Shown here: positions 49,002 through 60,555 of the stretch, in pieces
Position numbering within the stretch: the first letter of the stretch is position 1
Layout of the letters: each line of letters opens with the position of its first letter
Assembly: GCA_002269645.1 (NCBI GenBank)
Contig: NIVC01000696.1
Coordinates: 124,001-188,000 of the forward strand
Direction of reading: 5' to 3'
Source of the DNA: Macrostomum lignano
Lineage: Eukaryota
Length of the DNA stretch: 64,000 nucleotides
Translations under genes and position numbers: made by a program
Notes under the pieces: model-generated
Told to the model about the DNA's origin: nothing
The model's input: the letters and a program-made list of their open reading frames with translations, nothing else
Databases searched by the model: none

Positions 49002-49632
49002 GGGGACTGTAGCCTAGCAGTCTAGCACAGGCTCTGGTATGCCAACAATCCAGGCTCCTTCCAAGTGCAGTCACATTAATTTGGGGCTTAATTGGAATCT
49101 TGGCTTGGCTCTGCTTGTGCAATTAATGGCCTGAAGAGCCAACCCCCCAAGGCGCAAATAAAGTTAGGGTGGTTACCCTATTGCAGCGCATGGCTTAAGT
49201 ACGCCAGACGCCTACAGTCTACACGCTGTGAAATGACTTACCTCTGAAAGAAACCCTAAAGCAAAATTAACGCTTTGTAAACGGCAGGAGTAACTATGAC
49301 TGTCTTATCAAGCCTAAATGCCTCGGCATCTAATTAGTACTACGCCCGTATTCTATGGGGTGGCATTTTTGCGACTTACCCCTGGTCCACCACCAATGCT
49401 GCGCTGCGCAGGCTGATCCGCGCCGGACGCCGTCCGCCAAAATGCCCATGCGCTGCAATCAGGGGTGGTTATACATTCCTATGTGAGTGTGTGCCTGCGT
49501 TCATATCCACGCGCTTGTATGCTTGCTCAGGGGAGTTGGCGGAATGGGCAGTAATGCCTCTTGCCAGTTGTGTGCCTATGTCACTTAAAAGTGCACCAGG
49601 GTATACACAACTTCCTGCCTATAATAAAAAAA
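49002..49632 (+). mobile_element. tRNA-derived SINE copy interrupted by MITE B
   Basis: Collinear with the 38723 copy once 49176-49464 and one TSD are removed. Confidence 0.8.
49176..49464. mobile_element. MITE copy B carrying the same 28S cassette but a different TIR, CCCT(G)ATTGCAGCGCATGG; 7-8 bp TSD (G)GTGGTTA
   Basis: Inverted ends, duplicated flank, and an empty-site equivalent in the 38723 SINE; 28S segment at 49277-49338 on the plus strand. Confidence 0.88.
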
Positions 49633-50597
49633 TGCTTAAGTTCCAAAGATTTTTTAGCATTCAAATCGTTCAAAAGATTTTGCATAAAATGAATAGTTAA
49701 ACTCTAACTCTAGTCTTATCTTAAGCATATTATTTTGTTTTTTATTTGTAGAGCTTTTTGTCTACTATGCAGCCATCTTAGGCCTATTCTTATTCCTGAT
49801 ATGTACATTTTAACATTGGTAAAAACTAATTAGTTGTCCAAAGTTATAGACATTTTTTGTACAATTAGTATAGTTATTATACAAATATACTATTTAGCAT
49901 GTTTATGCCAAAAAGAATAAATGATAAAATTTTAAAATAGTAATATATATTATTATAATATAATATCTATTTATTAAGCCTATTTTTGTTGTTAATAAAA
50001 TAATAAAAAATTTACTTATATAAACAAATAGACACTAAATATTGTCTATTTATCTAAATAGACAATTACTTCCCAATAGAAAAAATATTTAAACAATTAA
50101 GGTAAAAAAGATAAATATGATAAAAGTACAATAAATTGGTAATAATAGGCCTAGTACAATAACATTATATCAGTTTAAATTTCAATAAAATTATACTTTA
50201 ATTTAAAAGTAATGAAATCAAATGATTCAAATCAATCAATTTCAAATAGCTTAAATTAGTTCTTTTTAAATAGGCAATCTTTTGGTTAGCTAACAATCAT
50301 TGCTCTCATCAATGATAAGATCAAGGCCCCCCCTATCTTACTAATTTCAATAGACAATCATCATTGAAGTTTTTCTTTGTTCAAACAAAAAAAACTATAA
50401 TTTTTTTATTTTAATTAAAGAAACTTCATTAAATTAAAATACTTAACCTTTTTATATTCAACCTTGGAAGATAATCATTTCAATGAAACTTTTATAAAAG
50501 AATAATTATGTTCCAAAATTATAAAAGACAATGTGACTTTTATATGATCATGCCTTTTATATCATTTTATATTATTTATATATACAGTCATCCTATA

Positions 50598-51895
50598 TGA
50601 GGGGCACTAGATAAGTTTCTAGCTGCAGTTAGCATGTAACAGTTATAAAGATAAACTTTCAGAGCTTTTCAAAGTATTCTCCATCAGCTTGGATGCACTG
50701 CCTCATCCACTCAAACCAAGTTTCAAAGCAGTGGCGCCACTCTGAGTGGGATACCCCCTCAATGGCCAATCTATAGGCATTAACAGCCTCTTCGGCAGAG
50801 GAAAATTGGCCCCCTCGCATGGAATTCTTGATGAATGGAAACAAAAAGTCACACAGTGCCAGGTCAGATGAATATGGTGGATTACTAAGCTGTTGGAAGC
50901 CCACCATCTGTAGAAACTCTTGAGTTCAATTTGCTGTGTGCACACTGGCATTGTCCTGGTGCAGCCAGAGACCTTGAACACCAAACTTTGGCCATGCCTC
51001 TTCAAGGCTGCTGATGACATGCAGCATGCAGATGGTATAGTACCAATCTGCAGTCACTGTGCACTGGCTCTCGAGTGCTACAGTCATAAATGTGGCCAGT
51101 CTTGGAAGAAAGTTTCCACCATTTGCTTGCCAGTGCTCCAACCTCTGACAACCTTGGTCAGCAGGGCTTTATCTTCAAAAGCCCACACACGCGACTGGGA
51201 TTTCCACTCGGTTTGTAGCAATACACCCGCGTTTTGTCACATGTGACAATGTCTGTGACAGACTTCAATGTCCCTCCGCCAAACCTGTCCAGCATTTTCT
51301 GGTACCAGCTCATGCAGGCCTGCTTCTGCTCAGCGGTGAGCAAATGTTGCACTCAGGGACTGGTCAGCTTATGGACAGCAAGGTGATCACGAAGGATAGA
51401 AGCGACTGTCAGCAATGAGATGCCAAGAAATGCCTCAATCGTTTGATATGTCACTTGCTGATCAGCCTCAATCATGCGCTGCATGCGGTCAATAGTTTTA
51501 GGTGTCGTCACTGAAACAGGTTGGCTGGTTCGATCTTTGTCTTTCAAGCTGTCTCGGCCACGCTTGAACTCCCAGAACCAGGCAGTGACGGTAGTGATGG
51601 ATGGCACAAGGTTAGGAAAAGCAGCAGACAGCCGCTCATGGCACTGGGGAAATGTCAAGCCACTCTTAAAATTGTAGAAAATCATGGCACAAAAGTGTTC
51701 ACAATTGAGCTCCATTATAGTGCTGAAAGAGTCACAGACCTTTTTGAGATAAAATGCAACAGTGAGAGAATGGTGACAATTAAATGCATGAAACTTTGGG
51801 GATCATGATAAAACTTCTTATTCAATATGCTTAGAAAATATGGCCTAATTTGAATAGAGTTTGACCGCAGCTAAAAACTTATCTAGTGCCCCTTG
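50598..51895 (-). mobile_element. Mariner (DD34D) element, ~1.3 kb, with a decayed transposase
   Basis: TA-flanked TIRs YRAGGGGCACTAGATAAGTT; fragments IVTCDKTRVY, LHQDNA, PPYSSDLALCDF across several frames. Confidence 0.92.
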
Positions 51896-52964
51896 TATAT
51901 TATCATTTAGTTTTGTAAAGCAAATATTTCAATAGAACTTTTATACTGAAATGATTGCATTCCAAAACTATAAAAAAACTTTATAATTTTTTCTACTCTT
52001 CTAGCAAACAGAGTATTTTAGTATTTTAAGAGTATTTTATCTTGTATATAAAAGTAGCATTAAAATGATCATCTAAAATTAAAGAGATGATGCAATGTAT
52101 ATTTTGCTTTGTAAACTCTCTTAATTCTCTTTAAACAGTTCTCTTTCTACTATACATAAAGTGAAAGCAGAGGCCTTTTGAATGATGCACTTAAGACAAA
52201 ACGTGCTATAGACAGTTTAGGAATATATTATATAATCATTTTAAGGCAATTTTTGTCTTTAAATGATCAACTTTTGAAACTAAAATAGTTTTTTTAGTTC
52301 CAAATACAGAGTGCTCATTTATAAAAAAGATGGATGGTTCCATGTCTGCTTGAAAGCTACATTGACAAGAAATGCTATAGTTTTGGAACATAATCATTTT
52401 AAGGCAGTTTTTGTATTTAATGATTTTTATCCCAAATATACAAGGTGCTAATTAATATAAAGTACTAGAATCATTTATTATTTAACTAGTGCAATATATT
52501 TTTACAAAAAAGACAATTATATCTAAAAAGCCTTTTTGTAATAGCTTTGCTTTTTTATTCATTTTGACCAACTTATTAAAGTAATTATTTGGATTAACAA
52601 ACAAATTATATGCAAGCAAGCTTAAACAAATAAATTCTAGTTAAAAATTATATCAGAGGCAACAGAAGTCCAATAGTATCCATTATCTATCTCTAATGTA
52701 ATGATTTTTAGTATTCTTTTTATGTTAATATTTAAGATGCATTATAGAGCAATGAAATTGTTTAGTTTTTCTAAGTATAGATCTATTTTGTAACTATAAC
52801 TAGCTGTCTGTGCTGTATAGGTTGTAAAAGGCAAAAAGTTGATTGCATTTCAAAATATTAGTAAAAGGCAGTTTATGTTTAGCATATCTAAACTTTACAT
52901 CTAATTACTCTTTCTAATTAAAAGTATGCAATACTTAGTAGTTGTCAATGACTATTAGGTTCCA

Positions 52965-53270
52965 AATATAGTAGGGGCAGCTATGATAGCAGGCATGCCA
53001 TGCAAAAATCATATCAATGCCTAACTATTACAGGTATAGTAGGGGCAGCTAGGATAGCAGGCATGCCATGCAAAAATCATATCAATGCCTAACTATTACA
53101 GGTATAGTAGGGACAGCTAGGATAGCAGGCATGCCATACAATAATCATATCAATGCCTAACTATTACAGGTATAGTAGGGGCAGCTAGGATAGCAGGCAT
53201 GCCATACAATAATCATATCAATGCCTAACTATTACTGGTATAGTAGGGGCAGCTAGGATAGCAGGCATGT
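52965..53270. repeat. 68-bp minisatellite, ~4.5 copies, ending at the IGF2BP-like ATG
   Basis: GCAGGCATG recurs with its ATG at 52995, 53063, 53131, 53199 and 53267. Confidence 0.95.
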
Positions 53271-53842
53271 CCAACGAGAAGGAAACATCAGCAGCGGCAG
53301 CCAATGGAGGCCAGTCTAGTCCACAGAGCGGTGGCAGCGCCAATGTAAAAAAGAGTCACAGAATTCGTGTCACTGGAGCCAGCGGCAAGCAAGAGGACAA
53401 AGATTTAGAAGCAATGTTTGCCAAGTTTGGCAAAGTTCTTAAAATCGAGCCGCACAATTATCAAGATGGCATCCTTGTCGTTTCCATGGAGACTGTTGAT
53501 GTTGCCAACAAGGCCGTGGCGGAAGTAAACGGTGCGGAGTTCCAAGGCTCCAAGCTCACTCTTAACAACGACTCTGCCAATCAGAGGCGCCAAAATGGCA
53601 ACAATGTGCCAAGTCAGCGCCGAAGCGGCCCGCCAGTTCAGGCGCCCCAACTGAATAATCCAATGCAAGTTCGCGACTTCTATCCGGTCCGCATACTGGT
53701 TAACTCCGACCTGATTGGCGCCATCATTGGCAAAGGCGGCGAAACTATTAAAGAGATTACTAACCGTTCCAAGGCCAGGATTGACATTAAACGCGAGGTT
53801 GTTACTAAAAATATTCCGCCTAGAAAGGTGCAAAATAGTCAG
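53267..53842 (+). CDS. IGF2BP: IGF2BP/Imp-like RNA-binding protein, exon with one RRM and the start of KH1
   Basis: RRM-like IRVTG..LEAMFAKFGKV..VNGAEFQG; KH YPVRILVNSDLIGAIIGKGGETIKEIT; donor CAG|gtaaag in phase 0. Confidence 0.8.
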
Positions 53843-53994
53843 GTAAAGCCCGCTTCCTTGGTACTTGGGTTTTTTATGTGGTTTGCAGATGTCATAAAAA
53901 CATCCAGGATGCATTTTGATGCAGGAAAGCATCAAGAGTCAGTAAATTGCACCAGAATGGAGCCAGATCGTAGTGCAAAACTTTCAGAAAATAA

Positions 53995-54500
53995 CAGTAG
54001 TGCTGCAGGCACCCTGGCGAAACGCCTTCGGCGACATGGTCCTATGGTCAGCCCTGAAGCGATTCTGCCCATACAAGCACGTACAAGCTCGCCAACACTG
54101 TACGCAGGCACGCACTCATGCACACGCTCACACAGGGTGTACAGCGGCCCTGACTATCTAATCGTCAGGCATGTGCACTCTCTGTGCCTTGGGGGTTTGG
54201 CCCATACATGCGCAACTGCTGGCCGACCTGGCCGATCTGGCCACCGTAAATTGTGGTGGACCAGGGGTAAGTCGCAAAAATACCCACCCCTAAGAATACA
54301 GACGTAGTACTAATTAGATGACGAGGCATTTAGCCCTTATAAGACTGTCATAGTTACTCCTGCCGTTTACCCAAAATTGCGTTAATGTTGCTCTTGAGTT
54401 TCACAGGTAAGTCGCATGGCCAGTGTAAATCAGGGGGGTTGCGCATGTATGGTTTGGCCGTCATGGTTGTGAATCGCATGGCAACCCCCGGCCAGTCTTT
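53995..54500 (-). mobile_element. tRNA-derived SINE copy (minus) in the IGF2BP intron, interrupted by MITE C
   Basis: Reverse complement contains GGCCAAACCCCCAAGG...GGGCCGCTGTACAC. Confidence 0.7.
54203..54451. mobile_element. MITE copy C with the 28S cassette; TIR CATACATGCGCAAC, 8-bp TSD GTTTGGCC
   Basis: Perfect TIRs; TSD at 54195-54202 and 54452-54459; 28S segment at 54309-54372 (minus), 53/56 identical outside the central 8 nt. Confidence 0.92.
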
Positions 54501-54802
54501 CGTGCACACAAGCCCCAAATGAATGTCGTCGGCCGCTCACCGAATCGAACCAAGGAGTCTTGGCGCGAGAGTCAGTTTCTTTCATCACTGAGTTGCTCTG
54601 AGCCGACTACGAATATCGGAAACGTTAAGACGTCTCATCCAGGGGATAAAATGGGATTTAATGTCCGCAGCTTCTACTCCGTTTCGGTGCTTTAAGTTGA
54701 CATCGTATTTATCCTACTAGCCAGTAGTCTGTTTCGTGCCTTTTACTTTATTTTATCCAACTGAAAGCGCAGCATTTGAATAATAATGTACGCATTGTCC
54801 AG

Positions 54803-54897
54803 ATCGTATTCATTTCTGGCACGCCTGAGGCCTGCTCCGCCGCCTGTAAGGAGATTCTCACCATCTGCGTTAATGAGGCCAAGGAGAAAACCAAGGA
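54803..54897 (+). CDS. IGF2BP: IGF2BP-like exon (end of KH1)
   Basis: IVFISGTPEACSAACKEIL resembles IGF2BP TPEGxSAACKxIL; AG/GT boundaries in phase. Confidence 0.85.
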
Positions 54898-54993
54898 GTA
54901 AGATCTATAGACCAATTTATTTCTTTGAGTTTTTGTCTTACTTTTGGACTGCTTTAAAGGGCAATTCTAAACCACATTTGCCCAACCTGTCAG

Positions 54994-55110
54994 AGATGCC
55001 GAACTCAACATTCTGGCTGAAGACCGATTCTGCGGCAGAATTATCGGGAAGGATGGCAAAAATCTGAACACGATTCGCGAGAAAACCAAGACCAGTGTTC
55101 AGCTGTCTAA
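54994..55110 (+). CDS. IGF2BP: IGF2BP-like exon (start of KH2)
   Basis: LNILAEDRFCGRIIGKDGKNLNTIREKT; phase 2 at both ends. Confidence 0.88.
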
Positions 55111-55134
55111 GTGAGTTTGCTTCCTTCTCGTGTC

Positions 55135-55980
55135 TTGTGGTACAGTCTGGGCTGCTGCAGTAGGCATCTGGTACTACAGTCTGGGGTGCTGCAGTAGGCA
55201 TCTGGTACTACAGTCTGGGCTGCTGCAGTAGGCATCTGGTACTACAGTCTGGGCTGCTGCAGTAGGCATCTGGTACTACAGTCTGGGGTGCTGCAGTAGG
55301 CATCTGGTACTACAGTCTGGGCTGCTGCAGTAGGCATCTGGTACTACAGTCTGGGCTGCTGCAGTAGGCATCTGGTACTACAGTCTGGGCTGCTGCAGTA
55401 GGCATCTGGTACTACAGTCTGGGCTGCTGCAGTAGGCATCTGGTACTACAGTCTGGGCTGCTGCAATAGGCATCTGGTACTACAGTCTGGGCTGCTGCAG
55501 TAGGCATCTGGTACTACAGTCTGGGGTGCTGCAGTAGGCATCTGGTACTACAGTCTGGGCTGCTGCAGTAGGCATCTGGTACTACAGTCTGGGCTGCTGC
55601 AGTAGGCATCTGGTACTACAGTCTGGGCTGCTGCAGTAGGCATCTGGTACTACAGTCTGGGCTGCTGCAATAGGCATCTGGTACTACAGTCTGGGCTGCT
55701 GCAGTAGGCATCTGGTACTACAGTCTGGGCTGCTGCAGTAGGCATCTGGTACTACAGTCTGGGGTGCTGCAGTAGGCATCTGGTACTACAGTCTGGGGTG
55801 CTGCAGTAGGCATCTGGTACTACAGTCTGGGCTGCTGCAGTAGGCATCTGGTACTACAGTCTGGGGTGCTGCAATAGGCATCTGGTACTACAGTCTGGGG
55901 TGCTGCAGTAGGCATCTGGTACTACAGTCTGGGGTGCTGCAGTAGGCATCTGGTACTACAGTCTGGGCTGCTGCAGTAGT
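55135..55980. repeat. 34-bp minisatellite, ~25 copies, filling an IGF2BP intron
   Basis: GGTACTACAGTCTGGGCTGCTGCAGTAGGCATCT period. Confidence 0.97.
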
Positions 55981-56014
55981 CAAGATAAAGTCCTTACCAA
56001 CCCCACCATTCCAG

Positions 56015-56226
56015 CTCGCCGACCATCACCTCATTCGACTCGATGGGCAAGAGCTTCAGCATGGACCGCATCATCACTGTGCGCGGCTCCCTGGACGGCA
56101 TGTGCCAAGCCGAGGCTTTCATAGCTGAGAAGCTTCGCCAGTGCCATCAATTGGAGATGCCGCCGCCCCCGCAGTATCCGAATTATCCACCTATTGGTGC
56201 CGGCGGTTACGGCAACGTTGCACCGG
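56015..56226 (+). CDS. IGF2BP: IGF2BP-like exon (end of KH2 and P/Y/G-rich linker)
   Basis: DRIITVRGSLDGMCQAEAFIAEKLRQ resembles ERTITVKG...AE.EI.KK.R; donor G|gtgagt. Confidence 0.85.
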
Positions 56227-56387
56227 GTGAGTCTGAAGGAAAAATTCGCCGGAAGAAATAATAGTCATCATAATTTATTACACCTGCACTAATGGCAGAT
56301 GTGCAACCGACTGCTCAGCCGCAGCCATTGCGCGACGCATCTGAAGGTTGCTCAGTCCAAGGACTGGGTTGTCGCCACACACACCCT

Positions 56388-56530
56388 CAATTACCCCAGC
56401 TAATGCTGGTGCCCATTTTACAGCTGGGTGAACTGAAGCAATGCAGAGTTAAATGTCTTGCTGAATGACACAAAATTGTTCTGAGTGGGTCAGGAATCGA
56501 ACCCCGACGCTCTAACCACTTGGCTACAAG
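56388..56530 (-). mobile_element. tRNA-derived CORE-like SINE fragment
   Basis: Minus strand GTAGCCAAGTGGTTAGAGC..GGTTCGATTCC then GCAAGACATTTAACTC..CACCCAGCTGTAAAATGGG. Confidence 0.75.
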
Positions 56531-56713
56531 ACCGGAAGAGAAAATAGTCTCTCTCGCGCTGCGACCCCCCCTCCTGGTTAGGGTGAGGGCCAACCCACCA
56601 ATACACGGAGTGTACATGCCTGACGAATATAAAGTCAAAGGGCCGCTGTACATACTGTGTGTGCGTTCAAAGTAATGCAGTGTGTTTAACTTTAGTTTTT
56701 TCCCCTTTTTCAG

Positions 56714-56737
56714 GTTGGCCCTACGTCAGCTTTCCTG
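56714..56737 (+). CDS. IGF2BP: IGF2BP-like 24-nt micro-exon (GWPYVSFP)
   Basis: Strong ttttttcag acceptor and gtgagt donor; phase 1 at both ends. Confidence 0.65.
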
Positions 56738-56834
56738 GTGAGTGAAACAAAGAATTGCTATAATCTAAGAGGTGCTCAATTTTTTGTTGAGTTGACAATA
56801 GTTAATCATTTGTATTCTCGTATTCTCGCTGCAG

Positions 56835-56881
56835 CCATGGATCCGAGACGCAAGTACAAGACTGTGAAGGCCATGTCTTGA
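56835..56881 (+). CDS. IGF2BP: IGF2BP-like terminal exon (AMDPRRKYKTVKAMS*)
   Basis: Acceptor ctcgctgcag in phase 1; TGA at 56879-56881. Confidence 0.55.
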
Positions 56882-57714
56882 AGGCGGGAAAGAATCGATT
56901 AGGGGCAAGGCGTCTTCAACGGCTTAAGATGATGGAGAAAATCGAACGTTTTTTGGGGAGTCAGACAATTTTTCAAATTTTGTTATTGGCTGAATTTATT
57001 AACCCGACCTCTTGCTTGAGCATCCAGTACTACTACAAGTAATATCTTTATTGTCGCTGTTATTTGCGTTAACTCAATCCCAAACTGTTATTAATAATAT
57101 TAGTAAAAAGTTTAATTCCGCGCGTTTACTAGTATTGAATCAGCTGAGTTTAAACTATTAACATTTGGATGATAATACACTATGCATGAATTTGTTCGCA
57201 AAGAGAAATTAATATTATTATACTAAATCTATTTATAGCATCCTTCAAAAAGTTAATACCCTTTAGCAATAGTACTTTGACTTGGGTGTTATTTAATATT
57301 TAGATTACTACGAGCGTATTATTATTATTATTAGTGTTATTATTGTTATAATCATATGGGAAACCGTTCTGTGTTTTGTTAATTTAACTGCTTGTTAATC
57401 GACTGATGGTTGCAATCTGGCTGGTTATGTGTGAGAGAATTGTCCGTTTCTACCGCTACAGTTTCTCAGTTTTTTTGTTTTTTTTTCTTACTGTTTCTCA
57501 ACTTAACAAATTTTTGGAAGTAAGCTCCTTTTAAAATATAAGTCTCTTGAATTATCCCTTGCCTGACAGCTATAATATTAAGTTGGTTATTTAACATCCG
57601 GTTTTGAAAGGCAAGGTGCGTTTTTCACCTCTATTCTGAGACAGAAAATTCTATCAAATCTGTTTGTTTGGTGTGTTCATTTTTTGGACTGTTTGATCTC
57701 ATCCTGCTCGCTGG

Positions 57715-58480
57715 TGGTCTGCGACTGCCACCCTTCCGGTTATTGGTCTGCCACCCCTCCAGTCATTGGTGATCTGCCACCCCTCCGGTTATTGGTGATC
57801 TGCCACCCCCTCCAGTCATTGGTGATCTGCCACCCCCTCCAGTCATTTGTGATCTGCCACCCTCTCCAGTAATTGGTCTGCCACCCCTCCGGTCATTTGT
57901 GATCTGCCACCCTCTCCAGTCATTGGTCTGCCACCTCTCCAGTCACTTGTGATCTGCCACCCCCTCCAGTCATTTGTGATCTGCCACCCCTCCGGTCATT
58001 TGTGATCTGCCACCCTCTCCAGTCATTGGTCTGCCACCTCTCCAGTCATTGGTGATCTGCCACCCCCTCCAGTCATTTGTGATCTGCCACCCCCTCCAGT
58101 CATTCGTGATCTCCCACCCCCTCCAGTCATTCGTGATCTCCCACCCCCTCCAGTCATTGGTGATCTCCCACCCCCTCCAGTCATTGGTGATCTGCCACCC
58201 CTCCAGTCATTCGTGATCTCCCACCCCCTCCAGTCATTCGTGATCTCCCACCCCCTCCAGTCATTGGTGATCTGCCACCCCTCCAGTCATTCGTGATCTC
58301 CCACCCCTCCAGTCATTCGTGATCTGCCACCCCCTCCAGTCATTGGTGATCTGCCACCCCCTCCAGTCATTGGTGATCTGCCACCCCCTCCAGTCATTGG
58401 TGATCTGCCACCCCCTCCAGTCATTGGTAATCTGCCACCCCCTCCGGTCATTGGTCTGCCAACCCCTTCCAGTCATTAAT
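57715..58480. repeat. 27-bp minisatellite (GGTGATCTGCCACCCCCTCCAGTCATT)
   Basis: 27-nt period with short indel variants. Confidence 0.95.
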
Positions 58481-58917
58481 GGTCTGCCACCCCTTCTTGT
58501 CGTGGATTTTATTACTGTAATAAAACTCATAAAATTATCTGAGCTTAGTGGCCAAGTGGCCTTGCCTCAGATTAAGATAAGGTAAAATTTAAAGTGTAGG
58601 TTAAACCGTTAATTTGCCACTCGTAGGTTAAATAAGTAAGTTCAATGCATACGAGCTAGTTATGAAAATTAGCCGAAAATTGCGCCCTCAAAATGTATCC
58701 GGACTAGCCAATCCCAGTGATAAATGTTCTAAACATATAGATCTAGATCTAGATAGATACAGATCTAAACAGCAGGATGTTGACTATTTTGATGCAATCG
58801 ATTTCCAATTGAGCTAGAATGCCGGATGTTGGATTTCGTTGTATATAAAAAAAGAAAATTTGACTGCAGTTATTTGCTTTAGACTGAGCTGGAAATTATT
58901 CAAACACTGGCCGAGCA

Positions 58918-59436
58918 ATGGAGTCGAACAGGCCGATCAACGGTCGAGTTGTGCTCATCGCCATCGACGGCAGCCGGCACAGCGAGCGGGCTCTGCGCTG
59001 GTACGCCGAGAAGCTGCACCGGCCCGATGACGCGGTCGTTCTTGTCAACGTGACCGAGCCGCCCGAACTGGCGCTTGGCTTCGGCATGGCCGGCATGGCG
59101 GTGGCCGAGAACTACACTGCGGCCATCAACCGGGCCATGTCCGAGGCCAGGCAGCTGGCCGAGGTAACGCGGAATATCTGTGTAGAGTTGGGCATCTGCA
59201 GCCCAGACCTCGAGCGGGATAGAAATAACCTGCGATTCCTGGAGCGCCTCGGCCGCAGCGCTGGGCCGGTGATAGCCGCTGTGGCCGAGGAGGAGTCAGT
59301 CGACCTTATCGTTATCGGCAGCCGGGGCTCCGGCCTCGTCCGCAGAACGGTGCTCGGCTCCGTTAGCGACTATGTGCTGCACCACTCGCACAAACCGATG
59401 GTGGTTGTGCCGCCGCCAACGCAGGAGCAAAACTGA
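58918..59436 (+). CDS. Universal stress protein (UspA-like), intronless CDS, 172 aa
   Basis: VLIAIDGSRHSERALRW, LIVIGSRGSG, VLGSVSDYVLHHSHKPMVVVP. Confidence 0.93.
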   Translation: MESNRPINGRVVLIAIDGSRHSERALRWYAEKLHRPDDAVVLVNVTEPPELALGFGMAGMAVAENYTAAINRAMSEARQLAEVTRNICVELGICSPDLERDRNNLRFLERLGRSAGPVIAAVAEEESVDLIVIGSRGSGLVRRTVLGSVSDYVLHHSHKPMVVVPPPTQEQN

Positions 59437-60264
59437 CAGCAGCAGTCATAACAGTCTATAGCGGTGGCAGTGTTAACAAGTTACTGAGCAGGTTACATGT
59501 TACAGCCGGAGGCCCGGGAGTAACGATCCTTAGTCATTCTTTTTATTTTTATCAGGTCATCCGTACTAAAGTTCATGTTCTCTATAATTTACGATGTATT
59601 ATTGGTATAATTAGTCAGAACAAAAAGCATGAATGTATATCTTACTTAACAAAATATGAGTCACCCCTACAAGCCGCTTCAAGCCAGATCTGTAAAATGG
59701 GCCATTTTTGCAGAATAAGTTGCTTGATAGGGATCAAAGTAAAAAAACAATAATCGCAAAGGGAAATTATCTAGGCTGTCAGCTTGGATGCAAACTGCCA
59801 AGTTTAAATTTGTAGAGCAAAATTCTCAAGATACATGTATGTGAAACAGCGGAAGTTATGAGCAATTGAATTTCTGGAGGACATTTTAACACATTTAAAT
59901 GATTCTAGCTAGCCTACTTTCAGTAGGCACGATAAGCTTCTTTATGTACGGCGTGTACGCTAAATCGGGTCTTTGGCAGTCAATACTCATTGATTTTATA
60001 ACTTCGTTTACCCAACACAGTGGTTTGTTACATGTTATTTCCCATTCCATAGTGGAATTTGTACTACCTGCATGGTTTGCGAATACTGCAGAATTTCTAT
60101 ATTAATTACTGATCAGGTGCCATTGTGAAATAATTAGCTTTTAAATATTTTTTTGCACGCGCATGTACTACTTGGAAATGGAATATAAGTAGCTTAATCG
60201 CGCTTAAAATACGAGCGTCAGTTTCACGTTAAGAACTCTACAGGTTAGCATAGACTGAAAAAAT

Positions 60265-60555
60265 GGGGGGGCATAGCCTAGTAGTCTGTCACCAGCGGCC
60301 CAGGTTCGATTCCAAATCTTGGCTCTGCTTTTATTTCAATTTTCCTTGAGGGCCAACCCCCAAGGCACAGTGAAGTGTACATGCCTAACGATAAATAAAT
60401 TTATGGCCGCTGTACACTCCTGTCCTGTGTGAGTGTGTGCCTGTGCGTATGACTGCGTACGTATCCGCGCGCTTGTGTGCCTGCTCAGGGGAGTCGGCGG
60501 AATGGTGAGTAAATGCATTTCGCGAGCGACTGACAATGTCGCTTAAACACTTGAA
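60265..60555 (+). mobile_element. tRNA-derived SINE copy
   Basis: A-box-like TAGCCTAGTAG, B box GGTTCGATTCC, shared family body. Confidence 0.8.

Noticed and set aside
53843-54307. C-terminal half of the 346-aa ORF at 53267
   Set aside because: Read-through into an intron containing a SINE and MITE C; KH1 continues at 54803 instead.
32959-54372. Functional rRNA genes or an rDNA unit
   Set aside because: Only 62-64 nt match, helix 69 pairing is broken, and each piece lies between TIRs and TSDs.
54263-54420. MITE as an introner or recursive-splice unit (GG|GTAAGT ... TACTAAT ... TTTCACAG|GTAAGT)
   Set aside because: The splice-like words are degenerate in copy A and appear as an inverted pair in the 37683 sister, so GTAAGTCGC is more simply a subterminal transposase-binding motif. 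RNA-seq of copy C could still test this.
56460-60320. tRNA genes at the A/B-box matches (56490-56530, 60265-60320)
   Set aside because: No complete cloverleaf; each runs directly into a SINE body.
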